NCBI GenBank assembly: GCA_001805645.1
Contig: MHGQ01000041.1
Span: 1 to 52,614 of the forward strand
Direction: 5' to 3'
Length of the DNA stretch: 52,614 bases
From: Omnitrophica WOR_2 bacterium RIFCSPHIGHO2_02_FULL_50_17
GTDB lineage: Bacteria > Omnitrophota > Gorgyraeia > Zapsychrales > Zapsychraceae
The position numbers and the translations under genes were made by a program. Below, one piece after another: positions 36,407-47,743 of the stretch (its first letter is position 1; each line of letters opens with the position of its first letter). Under the pieces are notes generated by a model. It did no database searches. It saw only the letters and a list, made by a program, of their open reading frames with translations, and was not told the origin of the DNA.

Positions 36407-37312
36407 TCAAATGTCCACTTTCTCCAGGAATTCCCGAGGCATCTTGCACAGGAATTCCAAGAAACACCCGTAGTGCGGATGCCTAAAGCCTATGCCCTGG
36501 GCATGGAGGGCAAGCCGGGGGAAACTTCCCTTCCTGCCGTATTTCTCATCCCCTAATATCGGATGCCCTTCGTGGCTCATGTGCACGCGCAGCTGATGGG
36601 TTCGTCCTGTCCGTGGAAAGAGGTGCACCAGAGAAACCCCGTGATGGCGCTTAACGACTTTGTAAAAAGTAACGGCCTCTTTGGCCCCTTCTGTGTAGAC
36701 GACATCCTGTTTTCCCCTCTGATAGACGTGCCGCCCCAGCGGCGCATCAATGACGCCTTCGTCAAACTCAACCTCACCCGCGACCAACGCCGTATAATGC
36801 TTCTTGACTTGATGTTCCTGAAATTGTCTGGCCAGATGCGCATGGGTGACATTATCCTTGGCAACCAGCAAAAGCCCCGAGGTCTCTTGATCCAGGCGGT
36901 GAACAATGCCCGGGCGAAAGGATGTATTGACGTCCGAGAGACGATCACAGTGAAATAATAAGGCGTTGACCAGTGTCCCTGAATAACATCCCTGAGCCGG
37001 ATGCACCAGCATCCCGGCCGCCTTATTCACGGCCAGAAGAAAATCATCCTCGTAAAAAATATCTAAAGGGATATCTTGCGCTTCGATATCCTGGGGGGGC
37101 AGAAGCTCATCCGGGATCCGGACATGCACCTCATCGCCCTCGTGAACATTGTAATGGGCCTTGACCGTTTTGCGGTTGACGAGCACACAATCCGCCTCGA
37201 TGAGCTTCTTGACGAAACTGCGGGAAGGCGCCTGGGCAAGGTGCTGCGCCAAATAGGCATCAAGGCGTTTGTGATGATTCTCTGCGTCAACTTTTAATAC
37301 GTGCGTTGACAT
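36407..37312 (-). CDS. rluD: RluA-family 23S rRNA pseudouridine synthase (RluD-like)
   Basis: S4 domain, RPGIVHRLDQETSGL, TGRTHQLRVH. Confidence 0.88.
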   Translation of the reverse strand: MSTHVLKVDAENHHKRLDAYLAQHLAQAPSRSFVKKLIEADCVLVNRKTVKAHYNVHEGDEVHVRIPDELLPPQDIEAQDIPLDIFYEDDFLLAVNKAAGMLVHPAQGCYSGTLVNALLFHCDRLSDVNTSFRPGIVHRLDQETSGLLLVAKDNVTHAHLARQFQEHQVKKHYTALVAGEVEFDEGVIDAPLGRHVYQRGKQDVVYTEGAKEAVTFYKVVKRHHGVSLVHLFPRTGRTHQLRVHMSHEGHPILGDEKYGRKGSFPRLALHAQGIGFRHPHYGCFLEFLCKMPREFLEKVDI

Positions 37313-38009
37313 AAAGGGCCGCCCCCATCAATCCCAGACACACCCACTGATAAACGCTCAACCCCGCCCACAGCACATCATGATCGGCCCGGAAGAATTC
37401 AACGCCGAATCTTAAAAGAGAGGCCGAAAGAAGATACACGGCAAAAACCCTTCCATGAACCTGCGTCGTCTTCTGATACCGTTTCAGAAAAAAGAAAATC
37501 ATCAAAAGCCCGAAAAAAGAATAAAGCTGGGTAGGATGAAGACGGGCACCGTGGGCGGGAAAAAATATCCCCCACGCGACCTCTTTCCCATAACAACAGC
37601 CATTTAAGAAACAACCTATCCGGCCGATGGACTCCCCCAGAGCCACATAGGGAGCCACCAGATCCAATAACGGAAGAAGCGGTAATCCCTTCTTTCTCAC
37701 GAATCCTATGCCGGCAAGACAGGCCGCGATAAATCCGCCCTGCCAGGCCAGGCCGCCTTTCTGAATCATCACGATCTCCCAAGGATGGTCTATAAAAAAA
37801 CTTGCATTCAGGATCACGTAAAAAAGACGGGCCCCTGCCAAACCGGCGACGACGACCCAAAAGGCGAGATCAAAGATGCTGTCCGGGGCGAGGCCTAGCC
37901 TCTCGGCATCCCGGGAGGCCCCCAGGGTGCACACCATCACAGCCACGGCAAACATTAACCCGTAGGCGTAAACGGTCAGAGGTCCGAAGGTATAGATGAC
38001 AGGATGCAT
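37287..38009 (-). CDS. lgt: Prolipoprotein diacylglyceryl transferase
   Basis: GARLFYV, GGLAWQGG, GRIGCFLNGCCYG, HPTQLY. Confidence 0.95.
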   Translation of the reverse strand: MHPVIYTFGPLTVYAYGLMFAVAVMVCTLGASRDAERLGLAPDSIFDLAFWVVVAGLAGARLFYVILNASFFIDHPWEIVMIQKGGLAWQGGFIAACLAGIGFVRKKGLPLLPLLDLVAPYVALGESIGRIGCFLNGCCYGKEVAWGIFFPAHGARLHPTQLYSFFGLLMIFFFLKRYQKTTQVHGRVFAVYLLSASLLRFGVEFFRADHDVLWAGLSVYQWVCLGLMGAALYVNARIKS

Positions 38010-38011
38010 GG

Positions 38012-38494
38012 TTATACCCTGCCGGGACGGAAACACTTCCAGGCAATCATCACGGCACCGATAGTGATGGCGCTGTCCGCGATATTAAAGACCGGCCAGA
38101 TGCGGAAGTCAATAAAATCAATCACATGGCCGTAGGCAATGCGGTCATATAAATTCCCTAAAGCGCCGCCCAGAATCAATGAAAAGGCGATCATATAGCT
38201 GCGGCTGACGGCCTGCGGATTCTTGTGGTAATAATGGATGTTATAAATCAAAAGTGCCACGGCGATAAGAGGGATGATGATAAAAACAACTCCCCGGTCT
38301 TTAAAAAAACCGAAGGCAATACCGGTATTGTGCACAAGGGTCACGTGAAAGACGCGGCGGATAACAGGCAGGGACTCGCCGCTGGAAAGAAAACGGGAAA
38401 AGAAAACCTTTGCGACCCTGTCGAGGCCGACAACGAAAAGGGTCACTAAAAGCGACAGGAAAACATCCCATTGAGATCGGTTAAGATCTCTCAT
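38012..38494 (-). CDS. lspA: Lipoprotein signal peptidase
   Basis: NTGIAFG, GGALGNLYDR, VIDFI, FNIAD. Confidence 0.96.
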   Translation of the reverse strand: MRDLNRSQWDVFLSLLVTLFVVGLDRVAKVFFSRFLSSGESLPVIRRVFHVTLVHNTGIAFGFFKDRGVVFIIIPLIAVALLIYNIHYYHKNPQAVSRSYMIAFSLILGGALGNLYDRIAYGHVIDFIDFRIWPVFNIADSAITIGAVMIAWKCFRPGRV

Positions 38495-38880
38495 CTTTTT
38501 TCGGATTCAATTCTCTCTTGGCACTTCAGGCAGGTCTCGGCGTAAGGAATGGCCTTGAGCCGCGCCTCGGAGATGGACTTATCGCATTCCGTGCATGTCC
38601 CGTAGGTCTTGTCTTCGATTTTTTTGAGGGCAAGGTCGACCCTGTAGAGGACCTCCCGTTCGTTGGAGGCCAGCCCCAGGCTGAACTCCCGGTCGTAGAG
38701 GTCGGTCGCCACATCCGCCATATGCTGCACATGACCCGAGGCGTCCCGCGACTCGCTGCCCACCCCGCCGTTAGGACTCTGGGAGATGTTATTGATATCG
38801 CGGACAAAATCTTCCTTTAATTTCAAGAGGAGTTTTTTAAAAAACTCCAGCTTCTTCTTGTCAAATTTCTTTTGCATCAT
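38491..38880 (-). CDS. TraR/DksA family C4 zinc-finger regulator
   Basis: [14 protein letters not shown]...[15 protein letters not shown]. Confidence 0.9.
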   Translation of the reverse strand: MMQKKFDKKKLEFFKKLLLKLKEDFVRDINNISQSPNGGVGSESRDASGHVQHMADVATDLYDREFSLGLASNEREVLYRVDLALKKIEDKTYGTCTECDKSISEARLKAIPYAETCLKCQERIESEKR

Positions 38881-41684
38881 CCAGCGTACTCCTTTACATT
38901 AACCGCGCAACGGGCACAAAGCGTTTCATGTTCTGGATCCTCTCCGATGTCCGTTCGATAATTCCAGCACCGGCTGCATTTCTCTCCCTCGGCTTTCTGG
39001 ACAACAATTTCCCGCGCGAAACTCCCCGCGGAAGGTTCTCCGAAATTGGGGACATACTCAACGGCCGCCTGGGAAACGATAAATACCGACGGGAGCATGC
39101 CTTCGTGCGCTTTGAGGTAATCGTATTCGTTTTTGTTCCCTGTCCGAATAAGAATTTTCGCCTCAAGCGAGCTTCCCACTTCCCCTGCCTGGCGCTTATC
39201 CTCAATGGCCTTGAGGACATCGGGCCTCATCACCACAAGCCGCCTGAATTTTTCCTCAACGGCCTTATTATTCCATTCTCCCGGCATGACAAGCCAGTCC
39301 AGCAAATGAACGCTGGGGACATCCTTCATGCCGGCATCCTTAGGGCTGGCCAGATAAATCTCATCCGCCGTAAAACTTAAAATCGGGGCCATGGCCCTCA
39401 CCAGATGATTGAGAATATGATAAAGAACGGTCTGCGCGCTCCTTCTTTCCCGCCCATAAGCCGCAGAAGTATACAGCCTGTCTTTTAGGATGTCAAGATA
39501 AAAACTGGAGAGATCCTCGTTGCAGAAAGTATAAATCATCTTTGTGACTTTGGCAAATTCATAGCCGTCAAAAAAATGCCTCAACTCTACAATCGTTGCA
39601 TACAGACGATAGAGCGCCCATTTGTCCAAATCCGCCAGATGAGTGTAGGGCACCTCGTCCCGCGAGGGGTCGAAGTCATAAAGATTTCCCAAAAGGTAGC
39701 GGGCGGTATTGCGGATTTTGCGGTAGGCGTCCGTCAAGCGCTCAAGGATCTCGGGAGAGATGCGGACATCTTCTTCGTAGAAGCTGGAGGCGGCCCACAG
39801 CCTGACAATGTCGGCCCCGCTATTTTTCATCAAATCCAGCGGCGAGATGACGTTTCCCAGCGACTTGGACATCTTGCGTCCCTGGCCGTCCACGACAAAA
39901 CCGTGCGTCAAAATGATTTTAAAGGGCGGTTTCCCTTCAATGGCCATCGCCGGAATGAGAGAGGATTGAAACCAGCCGCGGTGCTGGTCGGAGCCTTCCA
40001 GATACATCTCAATAGGCACTTCGCGGCCCATCACGGCCTTCACAACCGCCTGATAGCTTACCCCGGAATCAAACCAGACATCCAGGATATCGTTTGTCTT
40101 CTCAAAGGCGCCCCGGCCGCAGTCCGGACACCGGAATCCCGGCGGAATGAGATCTTGGACATGCCTTTCGAACCAGGCATCCGTACCCTCTTTCCTGACG
40201 ATACCGGCAAAGTGTTCGATAACCTCGACGAACAATTTATGTTCCCCCTGGCATCCCGGACATCTCAAGGCAGGAATAGGCACCCCCCAATAGCGCTGGC
40301 GGGACAAGCACCAATCCGGACGGCTGACCACCATCCCCAAAATCCGCTCCTCACCAGAAGGCGGAACCCACTGCACATCTTTTTTAATAACCTCTTTCAG
40401 CCGTCCGCGCAGATTGTCGTGATCAATCTCCAGGAACCATTGCTTAGTGGCCCGAAAGATAATGGGTTTCTTGCAGCGCCAGCAGTGCGGATAAGAATGC
40501 GCCACGTTCTCGCTGGCAAATAACGCGCCTTTTGTTTTTAGTTCTTCAATGATTTTCTCATTGGCCTTGAACACATGCTCGCCGGCATAATGCCCCGCCT
40601 CTTGGGTGTACACCCCATTGTCATTGACGGGCATCATAATCTCCAGTCCATACTTCAACCCGGTCTCAAAGTCATCCTGCCCGTGGCCGGGCGCCGTATG
40701 CACCAGCCCCGTCCCTTCTTCTTTGGTGACATAACCGGCCGTCACAACACGGCAATCTTCCCGCAGGCCGAAAGGATGCCGGTACACGAAAGGCGTCAGC
40801 TGCATCCCGGAAACTTCCTCCAGGATTTTGAACTGCGTAATCCCCGCCTTCTTCAAAACGCCCTGGCAAAGAGAGCTTTCCATAATCAAGACTTCATCGC
40901 TGATATCAACAAGAGAATATCGAAACGCCGGGTGCACCGCCACGGCCACGTTGGCCAAAAGGGTCCATGGTGTCGTCGTCCAGATCAAAAGATAAGCCGG
41001 TTTTCCAACTGGCAAAAACTTCAAGCTATCAGGATTATTAGCCTTGAATTTCACATAAACCGACGGGGAGGTGTGATCTTCGTATTCCACCTCGGCCTCG
41101 GCCAGGGCGGTTTCGCAGTTAGGGCACCAGTTGACCGGCTTAAGGCCGCGGTAGATATATCCCTTTCTGTGTAAGGCCGCCAGGGACTTTAAAATCCAAT
41201 ATTCATATTCGGGGGAAAGCGTCAGATACGGCTGATCCCACTGGCCGAAGACACCCAGGCGCTTGAACTGCTCGCGCTGAATCCCGACGTATTTCATGGC
41301 ATACGCATAAGCCTTCTTGCGAAATTCGATGCAGTCCACCTCGCCTTTTTTCTGCTTTAACTCCTTGAGGAGCTGGTGCTCGATGGGAAGGCCGTGGCAG
41401 TCCCAGCCGGGGATGTAAAGGCTGTCGAAGCCCTGCATCGTCTTATATTTGACAATCATGTCTTTAAGGATTTTATTTAAGGCATGGCCAATGTGAATGT
41501 CGCCGTTGGCATACGGCGGCCCGTCATGCAGAGTGAACGCCGGCCTGCCTTTGGATTTTTCACGAATTTTAGCATAAAGCCCTTCCTTCTCCCACTTCTC
41601 TAAATAGAGGGGCTCCTTTTGGGCAAGGCCCGCCTTCATGGCGAAATCGGTCTTCGGCAGATTGAGGGTTTTCTGGTAGTCCAT
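38877..41684 (-). CDS. ileS: Isoleucine--tRNA ligase
   Basis: [28 protein letters not shown]-terminal Zn finger. Confidence 0.98.
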   Translation of the reverse strand: MDYQKTLNLPKTDFAMKAGLAQKEPLYLEKWEKEGLYAKIREKSKGRPAFTLHDGPPYANGDIHIGHALNKILKDMIVKYKTMQGFDSLYIPGWDCHGLPIEHQLLKELKQKKGEVDCIEFRKKAYAYAMKYVGIQREQFKRLGVFGQWDQPYLTLSPEYEYWILKSLAALHRKGYIYRGLKPVNWCPNCETALAEAEVEYEDHTSPSVYVKFKANNPDSLKFLPVGKPAYLLIWTTTPWTLLANVAVAVHPAFRYSLVDISDEVLIMESSLCQGVLKKAGITQFKILEEVSGMQLTPFVYRHPFGLREDCRVVTAGYVTKEEGTGLVHTAPGHGQDDFETGLKYGLEIMMPVNDNGVYTQEAGHYAGEHVFKANEKIIEELKTKGALFASENVAHSYPHCWRCKKPIIFRATKQWFLEIDHDNLRGRLKEVIKKDVQWVPPSGEERILGMVVSRPDWCLSRQRYWGVPIPALRCPGCQGEHKLFVEVIEHFAGIVRKEGTDAWFERHVQDLIPPGFRCPDCGRGAFEKTNDILDVWFDSGVSYQAVVKAVMGREVPIEMYLEGSDQHRGWFQSSLIPAMAIEGKPPFKIILTHGFVVDGQGRKMSKSLGNVISPLDLMKNSGADIVRLWAASSFYEEDVRISPEILERLTDAYRKIRNTARYLLGNLYDFDPSRDEVPYTHLADLDKWALYRLYATIVELRHFFDGYEFAKVTKMIYTFCNEDLSSFYLDILKDRLYTSAAYGRERRSAQTVLYHILNHLVRAMAPILSFTADEIYLASPKDAGMKDVPSVHLLDWLVMPGEWNNKAVEEKFRRLVVMRPDVLKAIEDKRQAGEVGSSLEAKILIRTGNKNEYDYLKAHEGMLPSVFIVSQAAVEYVPNFGEPSAGSFAREIVVQKAEGEKCSRCWNYRTDIGEDPEHETLCARCAVNVKEYAG

Positions 41685-41695
41685 TTTGTGATCGG

Positions 41696-41741
41696 CCCCG
41701 TCCACCCCCGAGGTGGACGGGGTTACCGGTTACTGGTTACT
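41696..41741. repeat. 11-bp-stem GC hairpin followed by 3x heptamer ggttacY
   Basis: ccccgtccacc-cccga-ggtggacgggg; ggttacc ggttact ggttact overlapping the mtnP stop. Confidence 0.65.
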
Positions 41742-42600
41742 GAATATATTTCCCGATAATAATACTCAATTCTCTCTTTTTCTGCTCGGGGATGTTGGCC
41801 GGATTGGTGATGATGGCGTTTTTCAGGGCATCTTGCGCGGCAAATTTCTTAATCTTGCCCAAGCGCGGGATCGCCAGACGCAGGATCTCCTTGGCCCGTT
41901 CCACATTCTTGTTGAGATTCCCTATAATCATCTCGACGGTCACCTCTTCATGCCCCTCAAACCAGCAGTCATAATCCGTCACCGCGCACAACGAGGCATA
42001 GGCAATCTCAGCCTCGCGGGCGAGTTTGGCCTCCGCCATATTGGTCATACCGATGATATCCACCCCCCAGCTGCGGTATAAATGAGATTCGGCGCGCGTC
42101 GAAAACTGCGGGCCTTCCATATTAAGATAAATCCCTTTCTCGTGGACGGTCACACCCGCCTGCCGGCCGCATTCTGCCAGCACCTTCGTCAATTCCGGAG
42201 AAACAGGATCCGCCAACGCCACATGGGCTACGATGCCGCCGGTAAAAAAACTGGATTCCCGCGCCTTGTTGGTGCGGTCAATGAACTGATCAGGCACGAC
42301 AAAGTCCATCGGCTTAATCCCTTCCTTCATGCTCCCGCAGGCCGAGACCGAGACAATCGCATCCACGCCGAGGCGTTTCATCTCGAAGATATTGGCACGG
42401 TAGTTGATCTCGCTTGGGCTGATATGGTGTCCCCGTCCGTGGCGCGCCAAAAAAACAACATCAACCCCTTCCAATTTCCCCTTCATGAAATGATCCGACG
42501 GAGGACCGAAGGGCGTGTCGGGAATCGTCAAATCCTCCACATGCTCGATTCCCTCCATCTTATACAAACCACTGCCGCCGATGATTCCAATCTTGGCCAT
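41737..42600 (-). CDS. mtnP: S-methyl-5'-thioadenosine phosphorylase
   Basis: IGIIGGSGLY, RHG..H, INYRANI, EGPQFSTRAES, VTDYDCW. Confidence 0.94.
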   Translation of the reverse strand: MAKIGIIGGSGLYKMEGIEHVEDLTIPDTPFGPPSDHFMKGKLEGVDVVFLARHGRGHHISPSEINYRANIFEMKRLGVDAIVSVSACGSMKEGIKPMDFVVPDQFIDRTNKARESSFFTGGIVAHVALADPVSPELTKVLAECGRQAGVTVHEKGIYLNMEGPQFSTRAESHLYRSWGVDIIGMTNMAEAKLAREAEIAYASLCAVTDYDCWFEGHEEVTVEMIIGNLNKNVERAKEILRLAIPRLGKIKKFAAQDALKNAIITNPANIPEQKKRELSIIIGKYIQ

Positions 42601-42647
42601 TTTTAACTCCCCCATGAATTCCCTCCCCCTCGTGGGGAGGGGAATTT

Positions 42648-43466
42648 TCATATTGATAATGATAATTCTTTAGCCCTCTTCTGTGCCGCCTGAAGGGCCC
42701 GCTCAAATATCTCCTCAAATTTATTTTTAAAAAACACATCCATCGCCGCCTGTGTTGTCCCGCCTTTGGACGTAACACGCGCGCGTAAAACTCCCGCGTC
42801 TTCTTTAGACTTCTCCAGTAACGCCAAGCCTCCCTTCAATGTCTGGGTAACAAGCTGTTCGCTCAAATCTTTCTTTAACCCCAAGGAAACCGCGGCCTTC
42901 TGAAGGCATTCCACAAAAAGAAAAACGTAGGCCGGACCGCTTCCGGAAACGGCTGTGACGGCATCCATCCATTTCTCTTCGACGACAACCGCCTGGCCGA
43001 TGCCGTTAAAAATCTGACGGGCTTTTTGAAGATCGGCACGGGTCGCTCTTTTTCCGGCGCAGACCGCCGTCATGCCCTCCCCGACCTGGGCCGGCAGATT
43101 CGGCATGGTGCGCACAACCCGGATACCATGCCCCAGTCTCTTCTCTATATAACGGCACGTGATTCCGGCGGCAATCGAGATAATCAGATGCCGCTTAGTC
43201 ACGAAAGGCCGCACCCCTGCCAAGACCTCCTCAAAGCTCTGCGGCTTAACCGCGAGAATCACAATCCCGGATTGACGGACGACCGTCGTGATGTCCATGA
43301 CGGCAACCCGGAACCGGCGCTTCAAAACTTGAGCGCGCTTCGAATCCGCCTCACAGACACGCACGGCAAATGTGCGGCCAATGCCGGCGAGGATGGCCGT
43401 CCCCATATTCCCGCCGCCGATAAGACCGATTGTCGTTTTTCCCATTGACACCATTGTATTAATCAT
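42648..43466 (-). CDS. proC: Pyrroline-5-carboxylate reductase
   Basis: IGGGNMG, LAVKPQ, RTMPN, SGSGPAY, VTSKGGTT. Confidence 0.96.
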   Translation of the reverse strand: MINTMVSMGKTTIGLIGGGNMGTAILAGIGRTFAVRVCEADSKRAQVLKRRFRVAVMDITTVVRQSGIVILAVKPQSFEEVLAGVRPFVTKRHLIISIAAGITCRYIEKRLGHGIRVVRTMPNLPAQVGEGMTAVCAGKRATRADLQKARQIFNGIGQAVVVEEKWMDAVTAVSGSGPAYVFLFVECLQKAAVSLGLKKDLSEQLVTQTLKGGLALLEKSKEDAGVLRARVTSKGGTTQAAMDVFFKNKFEEIFERALQAAQKRAKELSLSI

Positions 43467-43493
43467 TTGTTATTCATTTGCATTTGGAATTTG

Positions 43494-44195
43494 TCATTTT
43501 TCATTAAATATGGCTCGTCCAATCCTTAACATATCCGCCCCTTCTTCGAGGGCAATCTCGTAATCGGAGGTCATTCCCATGGATAAATATTTCATCTCGA
43601 TGCGCTCATGGCCGGCAAAGTTTTCTTCTACGGCATCGGAGAGCTCCCGCAAATCACGAAAACACTGGCGAATCATTCCCTTATCCTCTGTCAACGGCGC
43701 CATCGTCATAAGGCCGTGCAACCGTATATGGGGGCAACGGCTAATGTTTTGAATCAAAGCCGGCACTTCATCGGGCTTGGCCCCGAACTTTTGCTCCTCA
43801 CCCGACGTATTGACCTCCACGAGAATCGTGATATCTTTGTTTAACTTGGCGGCCTGTTTCTCAATTTCCTCGGCAAGTTTTATACTGTCGACCGACTGTA
43901 TCAAGTCAAAAAGCTCAATCGCTTGTCTGACCTTATTGGTCTGCAGATGCCCGATCATGTGCCGGACGGCACGGACATGAAACCCGTCCAAGGCGGCAAA
44001 TTTCTTCTGCGCCTCCTGAACCCTGTTTTCCCCGATATGTTTGAGGCCGGCCTCCAGCGCTTCCTTGATCTGAGGCGCCTCGGCGTATTTCGTGGCCCCC
44101 ACAAGAATGATCTCGACGGGATCCCGGCCGAGTCTCTGGCAAACCGAGGCGATGTGCCCGCTGACACGAGAAAAATTCTCCCTAATCATTGCCAT
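43494..44195 (-). CDS. yggS: YggS-family PLP homeostasis protein
   Basis: GENRVQE, HMIGHLQTNK, LSMGMTSDY, RIGRAIF. Confidence 0.95.
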   Translation of the reverse strand: MAMIRENFSRVSGHIASVCQRLGRDPVEIILVGATKYAEAPQIKEALEAGLKHIGENRVQEAQKKFAALDGFHVRAVRHMIGHLQTNKVRQAIELFDLIQSVDSIKLAEEIEKQAAKLNKDITILVEVNTSGEEQKFGAKPDEVPALIQNISRCPHIRLHGLMTMAPLTEDKGMIRQCFRDLRELSDAVEENFAGHERIEMKYLSMGMTSDYEIALEEGADMLRIGRAIFNEK

Positions 44196-44324
44196 AACCT
44201 AGCATAAAGGAATTTATTAGTCAACCCTTGGGCAGATCCGATTGAAAAACAGATTGGAAACATTTGAATTTTTCATAAAAAACTGTAATATAAGGTTTAA
44301 GAAATACCAATGCAGGGCTAGAAA

Positions 44325-44714
44325 ATGCATGCTCCCCCAAAAACCCTTAACCTCAAAGATTTATCCAAAAGTTTTCTCTATGCCTTCAACGGCATACGCA
44401 TTATTGTCCTTTCCCAGCGTCACGGTTACATCTATTTAATCGCAACAATCGTCATCGGCCTTACAGGTCTCCTTCTGCAGATTTCACGCCTAGAGTGGTG
44501 CTGGATCATCATTGCAGCCGTTTCGGTCTGGACGGCAGAGGCCATCAATACAGCGTTTGAATTCCTGTGCGATGTGGCCTCGCCCGAGTTTCATCCCCTC
44601 GTTGAAAAAGCTAAAGACGCCGCGGCCGGCGCTGTTCTCTTGTGCACTATGGGGGCCGCCGCCATCGGCCTTCTTATCTTAGGCCCTCCTCTTTTTAAAA
44701 TCCTCAAGGGATAA
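44325..44714 (+). CDS. dgkA: Diacylglycerol/undecaprenol kinase family protein
   Basis: SFLYAFNGI, EAINTAFE..CD, AKDAAAGAVL. Confidence 0.88.
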   Translation: MHAPPKTLNLKDLSKSFLYAFNGIRIIVLSQRHGYIYLIATIVIGLTGLLLQISRLEWCWIIIAAVSVWTAEAINTAFEFLCDVASPEFHPLVEKAKDAAAGAVLLCTMGAAAIGLLILGPPLFKILKG

Positions 44715-44725
44715 CCCCTTCATTC

Positions 44726-45889
44726 CTAAAACAACACATTAGCACATATCCCTAAAAGAATAATCTGCGGGACAGTGATAACGGGCAGCCATATCGCAGT
44801 TTTCCGGCCGATATTATGCCAAAGAAGGCCAATCTCGGTATAATCGGTGGCGACGCCGGCCATCAAAAAGACAAAACTGTTGCCCAATGCCCCTGTCTGC
44901 TTGAAAATCTCAAAGGCCAAGGGCGCGGTGCCTTCGGAACACACCTCCAGAACAGTGGCGGCAAAAAGGGTTACGGTCATCCCTACGGCGGTGGGGCCCA
45001 TATATTGGTGAAAAATATGTGCCGGGACGTACGCCCCTGCCAGACTCGCCAGCCCCATCCCAATCATGATCCACCATAGAACCATATCGCCCAATGCCCT
45101 GGCCCCGTCGTAAATACCTTTTGCATCTTCCGCGAGCTGCTGCCGGGAAAAACGATAGTCTCTGAACCGATTCATCAGATCTTTGCCAAGAGAGAACCTT
45201 TCGTTGACTGAGACGCTGTTGGGATTTGTCTCAACAAGCCCTCTCGATTCAAGAAGCTGATAAATAAGCCCTGTAAAAACAGCGACCACGACAGCGGAAA
45301 TCACGATAAAAAGCGCGCGCGAAATTCCGAAGAATCCAATCAACATCAGCGTCAAGGGCAGGTTGGCCCACGGGCTGGCCATCAAAAAGGCAATGACGGA
45401 AGCGGTAGATGCCCCTTTCTTATACAATTCGATAGAAAGCGCCAGAATCCCGTGACTGCAGGCGCTCATAAAGAATCCCAAAAATACCGCCCGCAGAATA
45501 GTCCGTTTTTGGCGTCGGGCAAGAATGGAAGAAATATATTCCCGAGGGATAAAGCGGTCAATAACGCCGCCTAAAAAAATCCCGAGAAGAACCGCCCACC
45601 AGACGATTCTGAGATAGTCCATCAAAGATTCACGGAAAGGGATCAAAAAAGGCATCCCGTAAGATAAAAGACTTAGAGACAGTAAAACACCCAAGACAAT
45701 ACATGTCTTATTTGTATACCAGCGCCTTGAGGGAATTGTGCAAGTGCCTTGTGAAGAGATAACGAGATGGTTTTGGCCGGCAAATTTTTTTAAACAGTGG
45801 TAAGAACAAAAATAAAACGTCTCGGCGTCTTTTTGAATCCGCCACGGCGAACGTTTATCAACAGCCATGCCGCAGATAGGGTCATTCAT
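44726..45889 (-). CDS. YHS/TRASH domain + DUF318 (ArsP-like) permease
   Basis: DPICGM...YFCS..C metal-binding domain; SACSHG and VCSEG permease motifs. Confidence 0.8.
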   Translation of the reverse strand: MNDPICGMAVDKRSPWRIQKDAETFYFCSYHCLKKFAGQNHLVISSQGTCTIPSRRWYTNKTCIVLGVLLSLSLLSYGMPFLIPFRESLMDYLRIVWWAVLLGIFLGGVIDRFIPREYISSILARRQKRTILRAVFLGFFMSACSHGILALSIELYKKGASTASVIAFLMASPWANLPLTLMLIGFFGISRALFIVISAVVVAVFTGLIYQLLESRGLVETNPNSVSVNERFSLGKDLMNRFRDYRFSRQQLAEDAKGIYDGARALGDMVLWWIMIGMGLASLAGAYVPAHIFHQYMGPTAVGMTVTLFAATVLEVCSEGTAPLAFEIFKQTGALGNSFVFLMAGVATDYTEIGLLWHNIGRKTAIWLPVITVPQIILLGICANVLF

Positions 45890-45892
45890 CGC

Positions 45893-47002
45893 TTAGGCGT
45901 CGTTTTCGTCCTCCCCATACCAGCGCAGCTTCAAGCGGTGCGCCTTATAGAAAAGACCCAATAAACGCATATTAACAAAAAGGAAATACACAAAAATCAG
46001 CCATTTGAATAAGCCGCCCCAGATGGGAATAAAAACAAGGGGAATCCGGTTCACCAGAAGATTCAAGGCTTGTGTCAAAACCAAAAAGATAAGGGTCAGC
46101 ACGTAAGGGACAAACGTACAGCCGATGGATTTAAATATATTCACAATATTTAACGACGAGAGCCCTCCCACCAGGCTCACGGCAAGGGTATACATCGGCG
46201 CGATGAAACCTCCGATGACCACCAAGGCAAAAAAGATAAGGTCGTATCGTTTAAAATAAAAATAATAAGCCGCCGCCGGCCCGTAACAGAGGACCCACGA
46301 CAATACCATCAACACCGCCTTCCCTATCCAGTCAAACCATGCCATAAAATCCGGCCAGTCAAAGGCATCCTCGCGCTCGACACTTACGGCGGTCTCGATA
46401 ATACTGACCATGCAGCCCACCCAATAACAGAAAAACATAATCAAAACGATAAGGCCGTAAAACGGGGCATACATCGCCACATTCATGGCGGCAAAAAAGA
46501 TCGCGCCGCCGATGGTGGCAAATACCACCTGCCCTTTCAACGGATACAGGAGAACCCCGGGGACATACCGCCAATAATTTTTCTCGTTAATCGCGGTTGG
46601 AGGCGCGGATTCGCTTTCCTGAATGACCTTTTTTTCTCCCTCGGAAAGCCCCATACTTTTCTGGACACTCTCTTCCCTTTCTTTTTTCTCTCTCTTTGCT
46701 GAGGCTTTATTTTTATTGTAAATCGCTATTAAGGCAATAAGAAGGGCGGCCACACCCGCTACGAGGCCGTCCTGCCATCTCAATCGGAAGACCTCTTTTT
46801 TCCCTTCGGGGGCGGCCTGCGGGGTGTTGCGAAGGTTTTCGGGAGGATGCGCGGCCAAAAACTCCTCAATGGACTGATTATCCAATTTTGTAACGGATCG
46901 CTCAGGTTGTTTTTGATCTCCTGAAGGGTTGGGATCCGCCCAGGCGAACTGGCATGAAAAAAAAAGAACAACCCCGCTCAAGAGTATTCTACGCATCTTC
47001 AT
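45893..47002 (-). CDS. Multi-pass membrane protein (DUF4013-like) with N-terminal signal peptide
   Basis: Signal peptide, charged linker, about 6 TM helices, WPDF motif. Confidence 0.6.
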   Translation of the reverse strand: MKMRRILLSGVVLFFSCQFAWADPNPSGDQKQPERSVTKLDNQSIEEFLAAHPPENLRNTPQAAPEGKKEVFRLRWQDGLVAGVAALLIALIAIYNKNKASAKREKKEREESVQKSMGLSEGEKKVIQESESAPPTAINEKNYWRYVPGVLLYPLKGQVVFATIGGAIFFAAMNVAMYAPFYGLIVLIMFFCYWVGCMVSIIETAVSVEREDAFDWPDFMAWFDWIGKAVLMVLSWVLCYGPAAAYYFYFKRYDLIFFALVVIGGFIAPMYTLAVSLVGGLSSLNIVNIFKSIGCTFVPYVLTLIFLVLTQALNLLVNRIPLVFIPIWGGLFKWLIFVYFLFVNMRLLGLFYKAHRLKLRWYGEDENDA

Positions 47003-47005
47003 TTC

Positions 47006-47743
47006 TTATTCCCACGACATGTTTCCGAAATCGTCAATCTTCATGGATTTGAACCGCCGGCCGCCGCTTCCTTTTTTCTGGTTATCATCTTCATAACTTT
47101 TGTCTTTCGGATAACTCTCCCGCGGATAACTCTCGCTTTGATAATCCTGAACATCTTTGGAGACATCTTGAGGAAGGGTCTCGTCATAATACGCCGCCCC
47201 TTCCTCGGCCTTCATCACCTCCTGCATCATCATCATTTGCCGCTGGTTGGCCTCGTCCTGAACCCTCTGCGCCTGCTCCAGAACAGCGGAAAAGTCCTGC
47301 CCATAGCCCTGCTGGGCGGGAGGAGCCAGAAAGGGGAAACCCATAGGCCCTGCAGACGGAGCCGGTAGAGCTGCAGCGCCTTTCTGTCCAGGTTTCGGTG
47401 GCTCCGACACCGGCGGGGACGCGGGCCGGGGAGCCGAGGCACCCCCTTGAGCGGAGGGCTGAGTCTCATCTGCTCCCTTAACTCCTAAGCTGCTTAAGAA
47501 ATCGCTATACCAAGGCTTGGTCTTATCTTGTGCGGGTTTAGTTTTCTCTATTCTTTCAATCTCATCCTCCTGAAAAAGAACCCCTTCGATCCACAGCCCC
47601 TTGTCTGTCTTGTTGACCTCGCCCTCCATCACTCTGCCGTTTTTCAAATGAATAATATCGGCCAGACAAAAAGAGGCAAAAAGAAGCCCTGACCCAACGA
47701 TACCCCCGACAACCACCGCTTGTTTAACGATTTTATTGTTCAT
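47006..47743 (-). CDS. Hypothetical exported low-complexity protein
   Basis: Signal peptide, ADIIHLKNGRVMEG motif, Pro/Gln-rich linker. Confidence 0.7.
   Translation of the reverse strand: MNNKIVKQAVVVGGIVGSGLLFASFCLADIIHLKNGRVMEGEVNKTDKGLWIEGVLFQEDEIERIEKTKPAQDKTKPWYSDFLSSLGVKGADETQPSAQGGASAPRPASPPVSEPPKPGQKGAAALPAPSAGPMGFPFLAPPAQQGYGQDFSAVLEQAQRVQDEANQRQMMMMQEVMKAEEGAAYYDETLPQDVSKDVQDYQSESYPRESYPKDKSYEDDNQKKGSGGRRFKSMKIDDFGNMSWE

Noticed and set aside
41685-41736. T-box riboswitch upstream of ileS
   Set aside because: Intergenic space is about 50 bp with only a simple hairpin; no T-box consensus.
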